Source of the DNA: a virus
Taxonomy: Duplodnaviria; Heunggongvirae; Uroviricota; Caudoviricetes
IMG/VR virus record: IMGVR_UViG_3300013126_000009
Length of the DNA stretch: 64,000 nt
Reading direction: 5' to 3' (one strand)
The translations under genes and the position numbers were made by a program. This document shows positions 9,879-19,776 of the stretch, in pieces. The stretch's first letter is position 1. Each line of letters begins with the position of its first letter. The notes below the pieces were generated by a model that did no database searches, was not told where the DNA came from, and worked only from the letters and a program-made list of their open reading frames with translations.

Positions 9879-10237
9879 TACGTTTGAAAACCTTTATATA
9901 ATTTAACTGAATCTTCAACTAAACGTTTTTCAGTTAAAATAGCGTTATCAATCAACCTATTAACAGCTTCAACGTATTTAGGTCTTTTTTGTTTAAAACA
10001 AACATCAATTTTACGTTTTAATTCAGCAACTTCCTCATCAGATTTAGCTTCTGAAATCGCATCCTCTAAATACCACATACGGCAGTGTAAAATGGCTAAT
10101 TTTTCTATAATTTCTCCGATATTGTCGGTTTCAATTAAATCATTGGGTAATTCGACATTTTTATTTTTGTTTAAAACTTCATGCACAGTATTTTTTATAA
10201 CTGCTTCAATACTGTTTCCAATATGTTTGTTTTCCAT
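9878..10237 (-). CDS. Hypothetical helical protein (DUF4254-like)
   Basis: IGEIIEKLAILHCRMWYLED...KRKID motif typical of small proteins in glycan loci. Confidence 0.5.
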   Translation of the reverse strand: MENKHIGNSIEAVIKNTVHEVLNKNKNVELPNDLIETDNIGEIIEKLAILHCRMWYLEDAISEAKSDEEVAELKRKIDVCFKQKRPKYVEAVNRLIDNAILTEKRLVEDSVKLYKGFQT

Positions 10238-10920
10238 TATTTTAACTTTATAAAATTGTTATACCCTTTACTGTCCAATAAATAAGAATAATTCCTAACA
10301 TATTCATGTAAGAAAAATTTAGGTTTATCAAACTTAAAAGAGTTAATTAAATCTTTTATCGATGATTGCATAACATGAACTTCTTCAGCGTTTTCAATCA
10401 ATGAAATACAATGAAATAAAGGTATAGAATTGTCATTGTATATTTTTTTATATTCTGATGTTATTCTATGTTCGTCAATTTTAAAACCTCTAGATATATC
10501 ATCATGAATGAAAATATATTTTTCATTAGTCGGGTTTAGTCTATTTAGAATTTCTTTTTCTTTATCATGTTCACGCTCTAAATAAAATTTATCTAATCTA
10601 ACACTAAAATCTAATCCAGCTATTTTATAAAATGCTTCATCAAAAGTTAATGGGTTCATAAATTCTGGTAATCGATTAAAACCAACTTTTATTTTATTAA
10701 TATCTGGAGATAAAGAATTTAATATTGAGTCGGCCTCAAAGTCACTTTTAACTGAGATTAATTCAAAATTAAATAAGTCTCTGTACATGTACTGTACATT
10801 TTTAATGTTATGTTCATAACAAAATAATTTAACGTGGCCATATTGTTTATGAAAATGTCTAACCATTCCATTACAAATTATGTGGTCACCTAAACCTAAA
10901 TGATGATAAATATAAATCAT
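10237..10920 (-). CDS. Putative glycosyltransferase (GT9-like N-terminal motif)
   Basis: HHLGLGDHIICNGMVR N-terminal motif; IENAEEVHVMQSS. Confidence 0.5.
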   Translation of the reverse strand: MIYIYHHLGLGDHIICNGMVRHFHKQYGHVKLFCYEHNIKNVQYMYRDLFNFELISVKSDFEADSILNSLSPDINKIKVGFNRLPEFMNPLTFDEAFYKIAGLDFSVRLDKFYLEREHDKEKEILNRLNPTNEKYIFIHDDISRGFKIDEHRITSEYKKIYNDNSIPLFHCISLIENAEEVHVMQSSIKDLINSFKFDKPKFFLHEYVRNYSYLLDSKGYNNFIKLK

Positions 10921-11690
10921 ATATTGTTTAAAATTTTAAACCCTTTAATCTTATCAAAACCCATAATCATAGCTAAATAACCTACGTTTGAGTACGTATA
11001 GCAAAGATACGAAGAGTTCTTTAAAAAGTAAACATCTTTTAATACCTCTAAATTAGATTTATTTCTATCATTAGTGAAATGTATAGGTTTAGAATCAAAA
11101 CTAAAGGTGTTTGATTCATTTATTATAACCATATCGTTACCGTATTTAGTTTTTATTAAATTAACATATTTAATGTCATCTGTAGCTAAAAATAGTTTTT
11201 TTAGGTTAGTTTCATTTAATGCTGCGTCAATACCCTCAATTATTTTTCCGTATGGTATTTCTTTAATTTCATTTTTTTTATCAGTACCTCTTACTTGAAC
11301 GCCTAAATATTCTTCATTATTAAATAATAGTCTAAGCTCCTTATCAAAGATTTCTAAAATTTCTGGCTTAATCTTTAGTATTTTATTTAAAACGTTGTTT
11401 TTGGTTTTAAGACTATCATAATTAGGTATAGTGTGAGCATTAAAACTATTATCGATTTGTCCATTGAAAAAATTTTCTAAAAATAAGACACCAGCTTCAT
11501 ATGTTTCACCTATTGGACTATTTAAATTGTTAAATAATTTTAAAATTTGTGGGTCTTCAACGATAACATTAAAGTCGCCATGTGTTTTATTGTGTAATGT
11601 AGCAATATCTATTACTTGGTTTATTATAGAACAAAAACCTTTAGAACTATAGTGATACCTATAATCATTCAAGTTAATTTTACCTAACAT
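10917..11690 (-). CDS. NodZ/GT23-like fucosyltransferase
   Basis: LGVQVRGTDK (motif I), LFLATDD (motif II), DVYFLKNSSYLCYTYSNV (motif III). Confidence 0.75.
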   Translation of the reverse strand: MLGKINLNDYRYHYSSKGFCSIINQVIDIATLHNKTHGDFNVIVEDPQILKLFNNLNSPIGETYEAGVLFLENFFNGQIDNSFNAHTIPNYDSLKTKNNVLNKILKIKPEILEIFDKELRLLFNNEEYLGVQVRGTDKKNEIKEIPYGKIIEGIDAALNETNLKKLFLATDDIKYVNLIKTKYGNDMVIINESNTFSFDSKPIHFTNDRNKSNLEVLKDVYFLKNSSYLCYTYSNVGYLAMIMGFDKIKGFKILNNI

Positions 11691-12369
11691 ATCTAGCTCT
11701 TATTGGACTTCTTTGGTCACCTCTAGGTATATCATTTTCATCTATTGATTCACCTATAAAAGCAAAATCGTCTAATGCTCTATCACGTTTAATACTGGTA
11801 CCAATTCCTTCGTAATTATAATACTCATCATGTAAAAATAAATCATTAATAACAATCGGGTGAATAACATCTCTTAAAAAGCATTGGTCTATTGATTTGT
11901 CGGATTGTCTATAATTGTTTTGTAAATAATTAGCCATTAAATTAGAAAGGTTTGGTATAGAATTACCTTTAGCGCCCCACATTCCAGCATTAATAAGCCA
12001 ACCATGACCTATAGGGTGTTCTCTTATTACATGAAATGATTTTCCAGATTCAATCCATTCATTAACCGCGATTTCATCTCTTAAACTTATTCTAGAATCA
12101 CAATCTCTAGAAATAAAATATTCTATTTTATCGTCAATCATTGGTCTAAATCTCCATAAAGAGCCGAAAAAACCGTTTTCTTCAAAGGTATTAATTAATT
12201 TAACGTCTAATAACTTTAATTCTTCCAATATGTTTTTCGGTACTGTATCATTATGATAAACCCACATTTCCCAATCTTTAAAAAATTGTCTATGTAATTG
12301 TGCATTTTTTACGCAACCTACGGTGTATATCGGATTACCACCATATAATGAAAAACTTATAACTCTCAT
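11680..12369 (-). CDS. Putative GT-A fold glycosyltransferase / uncharacterised family
   Basis: VISFSLYG, WRF, SRDCDSR (DxD), FHVIREHP, AGMWG, DQCFL. Confidence 0.55.
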   Translation of the reverse strand: MRVISFSLYGGNPIYTVGCVKNAQLHRQFFKDWEMWVYHNDTVPKNILEELKLLDVKLINTFEENGFFGSLWRFRPMIDDKIEYFISRDCDSRISLRDEIAVNEWIESGKSFHVIREHPIGHGWLINAGMWGAKGNSIPNLSNLMANYLQNNYRQSDKSIDQCFLRDVIHPIVINDLFLHDEYYNYEGIGTSIKRDRALDDFAFIGESIDENDIPRGDQRSPIRARYVR

Positions 12370-13076
12370 TTTAAATATTTTAAATTTTCTGGTAAAACAC
12401 CATTATTATACATGTTTATATTTTTATCATATATAACACTATCGTTAGGTTCATGTGTCGCTCTTTTAGGTGTAACTAAAGAACAAACCCTAATATCCAC
12501 TAATGATTTATGTTTAAAACCAAATTTGTGCGCTCGATGAGCCATATCGCCATCGGCATAGTAATATCTATAAGCATTATTATACATACCTATTTTTCTA
12601 AATATTTTTTTATTATATAAGCCATAATTCATAACTATTTCACCGTTATTTGGTGTGTTATCAACCAAACACCAACCACTTAAATAATTATCACCTTTTA
12701 ACCATTCAGTGTTGTTAACATCTTCTAAATTACCATATTTCCAATTGAATAGATAGAAATCGTTTTCATCATCAATTTCTTTAATTATTTCTTCCCAATC
12801 ATTAACCAATATAACATCATCATTCCATTGACAAACCCATTCATATGATGTGTTCTCTATCCCCAAATTCATGAAATGTGGGTAACTGCTTCTAGCACCG
12901 ACTTCAACTAGTTTAATTCTATCATTATTTAACGATTTAATGTATTCTAACGTACCATCATCGCTGCCACCATCTACTAAAACTAATTCTAATTTATCAT
13001 TATTTAAAACCGTGTTTTCTATTAATTTTGGTAAAAACGAGACTCTATTTAATGTCCCAGTAATAATACTTATCAT
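12366..13076 (-). CDS. Glycosyltransferase family 2
   Basis: ISIITGTLNR, VDGGSDDGT, WNDD, YYADGD. Confidence 0.85.
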   Translation of the reverse strand: MISIITGTLNRVSFLPKLIENTVLNNDKLELVLVDGGSDDGTLEYIKSLNNDRIKLVEVGARSSYPHFMNLGIENTSYEWVCQWNDDVILVNDWEEIIKEIDDENDFYLFNWKYGNLEDVNNTEWLKGDNYLSGWCLVDNTPNNGEIVMNYGLYNKKIFRKIGMYNNAYRYYYADGDMAHRAHKFGFKHKSLVDIRVCSLVTPKRATHEPNDSVIYDKNINMYNNGVLPENLKYLK

Positions 13077-13876
13077 TTTTTTAATATTTTATAAATTAAA
13101 TCATCAGCAACTAAATAGTTTTTAGCTAACTGGTAATTGTTATTAATATGCTCAATTTTACTATTATATAACTCTTCGGTTAAATAATTTTTTACATTTA
13201 ATAATTCATCAATATCATTAAATGTAATCATACCGTTAATATCAAAAAAATCACTTATTGACGGGCAACCCCAATAAATAGGTATCGTGCCAGTAATTAA
13301 ACAATCAATTAATTTCTCAGTGAAGTAATAATCACTTTTAGTGTTTTCAATAATAATACTGAATCTATAGGCTTTTAACGCTGTTATTTTATTCTCTATT
13401 GGGTTGTTGTAACCAAAAATATCTATCTCATTAAAAACATTACTAGAAACTATACTATGTCTTAATTTGTGACCTTCAGTATTTTTTTTTGCTGATAAAA
13501 TTATTGATAGATTCTTTGTTTTATTGTGTATTACTCTTTCCTCATCTTTTATCCAGCAACCACCTACTGGTATCAGAACAAATTTATCAGATAAATCTAA
13601 TAACTCTTTACTAAAAGTAAAAACGTTATCAAATTTATTATAGTTATTTTTAATAAATTCATAAGCATGTGGTGTTATTTTAGGTGATTCTAATAACCAA
13701 CCATATTTTTTAACACCTACAATACTATCAACCATAGTTAAACTATTATCAGTTAAAATAACATGGTCATCACCGATACCTCTAACCCATTCAAATAATT
13801 TTGGTTTATTATACCAACTACTAGAATGAGCGTGAGAAAATAAATTATCGATTATATATAATTTAGACTTTAACAT
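13073..13876 (-). CDS. GT10 alpha-1,3/4-fucosyltransferase-like
   Basis: YRFSIIIEN-x-DYYFTEKLIDC-x-GTIPIYWG GT10 signature; probable ATG at 13876. Confidence 0.82.
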   Translation of the reverse strand: MLKSKLYIIDNLFSHAHSSSWYNKPKLFEWVRGIGDDHVILTDNSLTMVDSIVGVKKYGWLLESPKITPHAYEFIKNNYNKFDNVFTFSKELLDLSDKFVLIPVGGCWIKDEERVIHNKTKNLSIILSAKKNTEGHKLRHSIVSSNVFNEIDIFGYNNPIENKITALKAYRFSIIIENTKSDYYFTEKLIDCLITGTIPIYWGCPSISDFFDINGMITFNDIDELLNVKNYLTEELYNSKIEHINNNYQLAKNYLVADDLIYKILKK

Positions 13877-14501
13877 AAAAAGCGTCCCCCCACGTATTAC
13901 CAGCCCAGTTAGTTTCAACTCTTTTAAAACCAAAAGTTGCTAAATAGTTATCTAACTCATCAACAAGAGCACATTGATGGTAAACTACGTCCCTATTAAC
14001 TTCTGTAAAAATGTAATCAATTTTATTTAATGTATTTTCAGCACCTTTAAAAACTTCCAATTCATACCCCTGTACGTCAATATTAATCATATTGTATTTA
14101 GGTGCTTGACCCATAAACCCATATGAATTAGATAGATTCATGAATCTATCTAATTTTGTTATTTCAACTTCAACCGTATCTTCGAATTTAATATGTGGAT
14201 ATTGTGATAAATGTAATGCTGGTTTAAGTATTGAGTTAGATTGACCTTGATTGGTTGTTTCTACATTCATTGTAATTTTACCTTCAGTGTTCCCTAAAGC
14301 TTTATTTATGAGTATCGCTTTACCGTTTAATTTTTCTTTTAATTTTTCAAAAGTTACTGGTACTGGCTCAAAGAAAATTAAGTCTTTAATTCCGTTCTCA
14401 ACATATAATTCATATTCTTCACCAAAATGCGCACCAATATGTAATACCCCTTCAATTTTTAAATTATATTTTTTAATTATGTCTTTTAAATTTAATAACA
14501 T
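13863..14501 (-). CDS. FkbM-family methyltransferase
   Basis: LHIGAHFGEE, FFEP, IDVQGYELEVFKG, WGDAFY. Confidence 0.9.
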   Translation of the reverse strand: MLLNLKDIIKKYNLKIEGVLHIGAHFGEEYELYVENGIKDLIFFEPVPVTFEKLKEKLNGKAILINKALGNTEGKITMNVETTNQGQSNSILKPALHLSQYPHIKFEDTVEVEITKLDRFMNLSNSYGFMGQAPKYNMINIDVQGYELEVFKGAENTLNKIDYIFTEVNRDVVYHQCALVDELDNYLATFGFKRVETNWAGNTWGDAFYVKV

Positions 14502-14502
14502 T

Positions 14503-15330
14503 TTAGTTAGTTTTAAAGATATATTTTATTTCTTTGTGCGGCCCATTTATATCTAAAAATTTAATAGAATTTAAATCGATAACTTGACCACTTAAAAATT
14601 TATCATTAAGTTCTTTTTCACTAATACCAAACTCTAATCCGTATCTATTGTTAAAAGTATCATTAACTAGGTTAACTGGTATACTAACTAATTTAGATTC
14701 AGTAAAAGATTTCATCATTTTAGGTATTGAATTAGTACCCACAAATCTCTGTAAAGACGCTTCTAAAGTATTTGGATTACTGAAATTAACCTCAGTTAAT
14801 AAATCTTTTATTAATTTTGTATTAAATATATGTCCGTCTGTTGAAAGGGGGTACCTAAAGTCGCCATTCTGTTGTTTAGTGTAATCAAACGTCATATATT
14901 CACCATCAATTTCATGTTCACCCAATTCATAATGTAAATTAGCTGGATGAGAGTAATTACAATTTTTACCCAACCGTAACGAAAATATTACATAATCTTC
15001 GACAACTGGTTTAATAATATCTATTTTCCTAGATAAAATTTGATTATAAACAACGGCATCATCAACCATAAAGGTTGTTGCTTCGATATTATCATCAATA
15101 AGCTGAAACAAGGTATTTTTAAAGTTTTTTTCATCACTAAAATAAACATTAAGGTGTTTATCAAAAACTTTTTGGTAGCCATGGAGGTATTCATCATTAT
15201 CTGTTTTATATAAAACACTAATTTTATCAAACAAAAGCGGTGCATTTTTTTTTAATGAATCTAATAAAAGATTTAATTGGGCAGCCCTGTTTTTAGAAAA
15301 TATAATTAATTGATTCTCGTATTTTTCCAT
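14503..15330 (-). CDS. Putative GT-A fold glycosyltransferase
   Basis: IIFSKNRAAQLNLLLDS, FMVDD, NPNTLE. Confidence 0.6.
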   Translation of the reverse strand: MEKYENQLIIFSKNRAAQLNLLLDSLKKNAPLLFDKISVLYKTDNDEYLHGYQKVFDKHLNVYFSDEKNFKNTLFQLIDDNIEATTFMVDDAVVYNQILSRKIDIIKPVVEDYVIFSLRLGKNCNYSHPANLHYELGEHEIDGEYMTFDYTKQQNGDFRYPLSTDGHIFNTKLIKDLLTEVNFSNPNTLEASLQRFVGTNSIPKMMKSFTESKLVSIPVNLVNDTFNNRYGLEFGISEKELNDKFLSGQVIDLNSIKFLDINGPHKEIKYIFKTN

Positions 15331-15953
15331 TAGTCCCTAAAATAATTTGAATAATCTACGTTACGATTCTGAATATCACTAAACCCAGCCGTTTGTTTAG
15401 CCATGTTAGGGTAAAAACCATAAACATTAAATCTGTTATGTAATTCAGCGTAATAAGCATCAACTTGCCTTTGTCTTTTTGGTAAAACTCTTTCTATTAT
15501 ATCAAACATACTACTATTAATTGCGACACATTGTAAAGCAACAGTAAAGTTTAGTTTAATAATTTTATCATTTATTAATTTAGGTGGTTGACCATAAACA
15601 TGGTTCCCACCAAAATAAATAAAATCCCAATCAGATGGTACCATTGACATATAGTCATCTAACTTTAATATCTCTTCGGTAAAATAAACATCATCTTCTA
15701 AAATTAAAACATTATTAAAACCGTTTTTTTTACATTTTTGTATTATACATAAATGTGATTCTAAAACACCTAACTCACCAGCTAATAACGATATATCGTT
15801 GGACATGATAGTCGCGCCATCAACAGCGGGAAATCTTTCCACTTCAGTAATACTAAATTTTTCAATTTCTTTTAAAAAAGATTTATATCTATCTGGTCGC
15901 CTATCTAAATTAATAACATAAATCGCATCGAAATATTTTTTTAAATTAACCAT
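15330..15953 (-). CDS. Glycosyltransferase family 25
   Basis: IYVINLDRRPDR, RFPAVDG, GELGVLESH, LILEDD, FSDI. Confidence 0.88.
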   Translation of the reverse strand: MVNLKKYFDAIYVINLDRRPDRYKSFLKEIEKFSITEVERFPAVDGATIMSNDISLLAGELGVLESHLCIIQKCKKNGFNNVLILEDDVYFTEEILKLDDYMSMVPSDWDFIYFGGNHVYGQPPKLINDKIIKLNFTVALQCVAINSSMFDIIERVLPKRQRQVDAYYAELHNRFNVYGFYPNMAKQTAGFSDIQNRNVDYSNYFRD

Positions 15954-15974
15954 TTTTTTAAGTTTTTGTTCGTA

Positions 15975-17633
15975 TTAATATAGAATTAATTCATATCGTT
16001 GTTTAATTTCTTTAGCAACACAATCACTATTGAACTTATCAATATCTTCTGGTATATTATGTAAATTTTTACTTAAAATATTACCCGAAGAATCTACATC
16101 ATAAATCCAACCTTTTTTACCACACATCCAACCTTCAATTGTTGTTCTACCCAATAATATTCCAGCCGTTTCATCACATTGTTTTATATAATTCTCAACG
16201 TTATTTTGTGGGCCAAAATATTTTACATGTGATGTATCACCACCATATTCATTAAATATATCCGAAACTTTAACATCATTTTCTTTTCCAACTAACCAAA
16301 GTTCGTCATTAGATTCGGCTGTTGTTTTAATCAAGTCTATTATTGTATTTTTTCTAAGATAGTCTATTGTACCAACAAATAATATTCTTTTATTTTTCCA
16401 ATTTTTTTGACCGTTAGTTGGTTTGAACCTATTTGAATCTATTGGGTTATAAATTACCTCAATTTTTGATTCATTGATACCAAAACTATTTATTAGGAAG
16501 TCTTTGATTTCTGGCCTGATAGCGATGTATTTTTTTATCTTTTCACTTATTACAGGTTCTTCAAGATTTATAACCTCGGAATGTATAGTACAAATTGCCT
16601 CAATTTCAGGGTATAGTCTTAAAAAATGTTCGGTTATTGGTTTGTGATTTAAGTGCATTATATCAAAATTAACCTCAGACACCTTATATAGTTTACCCTT
16701 TTCGGACTTAACTAAACCTTGTGGTGTATTAACACCCCATTCACCGTCACCAAGTTTATAACCTGGTGGTTCAGATAGATTATATAACTTAATTCCCAAT
16801 TTCTTTGCTTTATCAACCATTGGTTGACCCAATTGGGAACATATTGTGACATTGCAGTTATTTTCGACCAAACCTTTAGCTAATTCATATACATACATTT
16901 CTGAACCAGTTAAATTAGCGAAACTAAGACAACTTATTAAAACATTCATCTTATTATGATTACTGAACGTCTTTTTTATTCTAACTGGTAAGTTATCTTG
17001 ATATTTCTTAGCAAATATTTGTCGATTATTTTCCCATTCATCATTCGTTTGTCCAATTGACATATGATTTATCAATATGTTTGTATGAACACCGATTTTT
17101 ACACCTTCCAAATAATTTCTAAAACAAAAATCAATATCATAAAAGTGAAAACCATTAACTGTCTGGTCAAAACCTTTCTTTATTCGTTTTTTATGTACCG
17201 AAAAGAATACACCGTCTACCGTGACAACATCTTCTATGCGATTACCTAAATCTTCACTATAAGAAGATAACCATTTTTTATCTTCATGTGTGTGGTAAAC
17301 TTTACCATACATACTTCTACGGTCTTCCCACCACCTACCAGTATCGGAAAGATATTTAGTGCCAGCAACCCCTAAAATACCATATTCAGGGTTTCTGTCA
17401 TATAATTTAACCAATTTTTTGGCCGCTTGCTTAGTTTCAATTAATATATCGTCATGTAAAAATACTACAATATCGTATTTCGATTCATCTAATCCCTTTT
17501 GATAGAATTTGGTTAAACTTTCACCTTTATTAACATACTCTAAAATCTCAACTTTAGGATGACCAAACATCTTCATTAGATGTTCAGAATGTTTAGGGTT
17601 CGGTTCTCTTGTACAATATACGATACTAATCAT
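15975..17633 (-). CDS. Two-domain glycosyltransferase (GT2-like + GT4-like)
   Basis: N-terminal FLHDD, GVAG, VDGVF, FHFYDIDFC; C-terminal TGSEMYVYELA, IYNPID, GRTTIEGWMCG. Confidence 0.82.
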   Translation of the reverse strand: MISIVYCTREPNPKHSEHLMKMFGHPKVEILEYVNKGESLTKFYQKGLDESKYDIVVFLHDDILIETKQAAKKLVKLYDRNPEYGILGVAGTKYLSDTGRWWEDRRSMYGKVYHTHEDKKWLSSYSEDLGNRIEDVVTVDGVFFSVHKKRIKKGFDQTVNGFHFYDIDFCFRNYLEGVKIGVHTNILINHMSIGQTNDEWENNRQIFAKKYQDNLPVRIKKTFSNHNKMNVLISCLSFANLTGSEMYVYELAKGLVENNCNVTICSQLGQPMVDKAKKLGIKLYNLSEPPGYKLGDGEWGVNTPQGLVKSEKGKLYKVSEVNFDIMHLNHKPITEHFLRLYPEIEAICTIHSEVINLEEPVISEKIKKYIAIRPEIKDFLINSFGINESKIEVIYNPIDSNRFKPTNGQKNWKNKRILFVGTIDYLRKNTIIDLIKTTAESNDELWLVGKENDVKVSDIFNEYGGDTSHVKYFGPQNNVENYIKQCDETAGILLGRTTIEGWMCGKKGWIYDVDSSGNILSKNLHNIPEDIDKFNSDCVAKEIKQRYELILY

Positions 17634-17788
17634 TTCTTATTATTAACTAATTTTCTAATTTCATAACCTAAATCTTGGTCGTTTGGGTATTTCTTAACTA
17701 ATGTAACAATTTCTTCAAGATTAATTTTTTTAGTTAAAAGATATTCACGTTCTAAATCAGAATATGTTTCATTTGGTTTATTAATCAT
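17630..17788 (-). CDS. Small hypothetical protein (52 aa, not in ORF track)
   Basis: MINKPNETYSDLEREYLLTKKINLEEIVTLVKKYPNDQDLGYEIRKLVNNKK; overlaps both neighbouring genes. Confidence 0.65.
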   Translation of the reverse strand: MINKPNETYSDLEREYLLTKKINLEEIVTLVKKYPNDQDLGYEIRKLVNNKK

Positions 17789-18507
17789 TACTGTCTTTTT
17801 TTTGGTAGTTCTTCTACTGGCAAATCTTTAAGCATTTCCCTTTTCATAGTTTCGCTAATAATATCTGGTAACCCATATGAAGCTTTAGTTTTTTCATCTA
17901 AATCAAACATCGCACCCATCTCACTCATGTTCTTATCGGACATATGTTGTTTTAGTTCCTCTTCACTTAAAAAATCTACAGGCGTCTCCTCAATCTTTTC
18001 TTCTTTTTTTGTGAATTTTTTGTGCGACCCAGTTACTTTAGATGTTAATACCCTAAACCTTTTAGAATTTAACCAATTATCATCATTCCGTCTTAAAGCT
18101 TTTCGCGACTCATAACCTTCTGAATTAAGCAATTCTCTCATTGTTGGTTTGTCAACATTGGTCTCATCTGAATTGTGTTCATCAACCTTATTAAAATCAA
18201 CCATTAATGGTGATGTTGTAGTGTTAGACCATTTTTTGGTTTCATATAATCTATCATAATTTGAATCATTACCATTATAATTCAATAAAAATTCATATTT
18301 TTCTTTCCACGCCTTTGATGGTTGTTTGTAGGCGTCAACCGCAGTGTAATGATAATTAACTTTATCTTCCGCTTTTTCAACGTTTTCAGGTTCTTTAACT
18401 TTAAAAGTTTCAGTAAAACCAGTTTGTGATAAATCAATCTTTGGTTTTCTCTGTAAACCAAAAAAGTCTAAAATTCTATCTAATAGATTAATAAAATATT
18501 GTTTCAT
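17788..18507 (-). CDS. Hypothetical protein
   Basis: 239 aa ORF in operon. Confidence 0.7.
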   Translation of the reverse strand: MKQYFINLLDRILDFFGLQRKPKIDLSQTGFTETFKVKEPENVEKAEDKVNYHYTAVDAYKQPSKAWKEKYEFLLNYNGNDSNYDRLYETKKWSNTTTSPLMVDFNKVDEHNSDETNVDKPTMRELLNSEGYESRKALRRNDDNWLNSKRFRVLTSKVTGSHKKFTKKEEKIEETPVDFLSEEELKQHMSDKNMSEMGAMFDLDEKTKASYGLPDIISETMKREMLKDLPVEELPKKRQ

Positions 18508-18513
18508 TTTTAA

Positions 18514-19137
18514 TTATTTAATACCAGTGCTACCAAACCCACCAGAACCACGTTCAGTGTCTGATAGTTCACTAACACTTTCAAATGTTATCATTTTTTT
18601 ACCCATTACACCACCAATAACACCTTGAGCAATTCGCTCACCATTTTCAATAACGAATGGTTTTGTTCCATGATTAATTAAAATAACTCTGACCTCGCCA
18701 CGGTAATCGCTGTCCACTGTACCTGGCGAATTTAATACCGTAACACCATGTTTAGCCGCCAAACCACTTCTTGGTCTAACTTGTAATTCAAACCCTTCTG
18801 GTATCTCAAAATATAAACCTGTTGGTACCATTGCATATTCACCAACACCCAATGTCATTGATTCGTCAAGTGGTAAGTCAGCTCTTAAATCAAATCCAGA
18901 AGCACCATCAGTTGCAAATTCAGGGTCTGGGTTTGTACTCTTATTTACTAATCTTACTTTAGTTTTTGGCGTTGGGAATAACTTAGCTTTATCCTTTAAC
19001 CATTTATCAAAATCAAATGGTTCTTGCTCATATTTCTTAATTAACTCATCAAAATTAAGTTTGGTCTTATAATCATCAATTTGCTGTTTATATTCAGCAA
19101 CTTTTTTATCCAAATCTTCACCCATTTCTTTAAACAT
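18514..19137 (-). CDS. dut: Trimeric dUTPase with ~55-aa N-terminal extension
   Basis: [38 protein letters not shown]. Confidence 0.96.
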   Translation of the reverse strand: MFKEMGEDLDKKVAEYKQQIDDYKTKLNFDELIKKYEQEPFDFDKWLKDKAKLFPTPKTKVRLVNKSTNPDPEFATDGASGFDLRADLPLDESMTLGVGEYAMVPTGLYFEIPEGFELQVRPRSGLAAKHGVTVLNSPGTVDSDYRGEVRVILINHGTKPFVIENGERIAQGVIGGVMGKKMITFESVSELSDTERGSGGFGSTGIK

Positions 19138-19143
19138 ATTACT

Positions 19144-19713
19144 TTAATTTTGTTTTGTGTTTTTATCTTCAAGCATAGCCAAATCATTTGCCACTCGTAA
19201 AATGATTGACAATGGTTCAGCAAACCACATCGCTTGTTTATCAGTGTAATCCTTATCAAAATTCATTACAGCTTGGTACTCGGTTTCTGTGAAAGAAACT
19301 CCATGTTGCATAGCGTAATAAATTGAACGTTCACCTATCTTCATAGCGACAAGATTTTCATTGAACTTGTACATTTGACCCAAGTTATCTTTATGCCATT
19401 GAGAATCGTTATTAATATAAAGTTTTGCTTTACCGATTTGATGTAGTAAACATACTTTCAACAATGATTCTTTTTTAACTTGAATATTCTCAGGTAACGA
19501 ATCGTTGATTGTAATGGCGTATTTTGCCACTTTAAGCAAATGGTCAATCAAACCACCCTCAAAGGCATTATATTTACTGGTTTGGTCTGAAGCTGGCGCT
19601 TTAACAAAATCCACACCCAAGAACTCCATAAGTTCATTTGTCATAAAACCATAGGTCTCAGCGGTCTTAAAATACTTACCAGCGTTTTTAGTTACTTTTT
19701 CTGTTGTTAACAT
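19144..19713 (-). CDS. HD-domain-like protein (YhaM-like), HD replaced by HQ
   Basis: AFEGGLIDHLLKV...CLLHQIGK...ERS...ILRVAND. Confidence 0.65.
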   Translation of the reverse strand: MLTTEKVTKNAGKYFKTAETYGFMTNELMEFLGVDFVKAPASDQTSKYNAFEGGLIDHLLKVAKYAITINDSLPENIQVKKESLLKVCLLHQIGKAKLYINNDSQWHKDNLGQMYKFNENLVAMKIGERSIYYAMQHGVSFTETEYQAVMNFDKDYTDKQAMWFAEPLSIILRVANDLAMLEDKNTKQN

Positions 19714-19745
19714 ATGTCTTTAATTTATTTTTTTAGTTATATTTG

Positions 19746-19776
19746 CAAACTTACAAAATTTTAAGACAAAAGTCAA
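19746..19776 (-). promoter_or_regulatory. Bacteroidota-type housekeeping promoter
   Basis: Minus strand TTGACT-N17-TAAGTTTG. Confidence 0.7.

Noticed and set aside
6024-17633. Bacterial O-antigen/capsule locus, implying the window is host chromosome
   Set aside because: There are no wzx/wzy/ABC export or initiating transferase genes, and the block is continuous with phage genes (phoH, dut, gp55-like sigma) on both sides.
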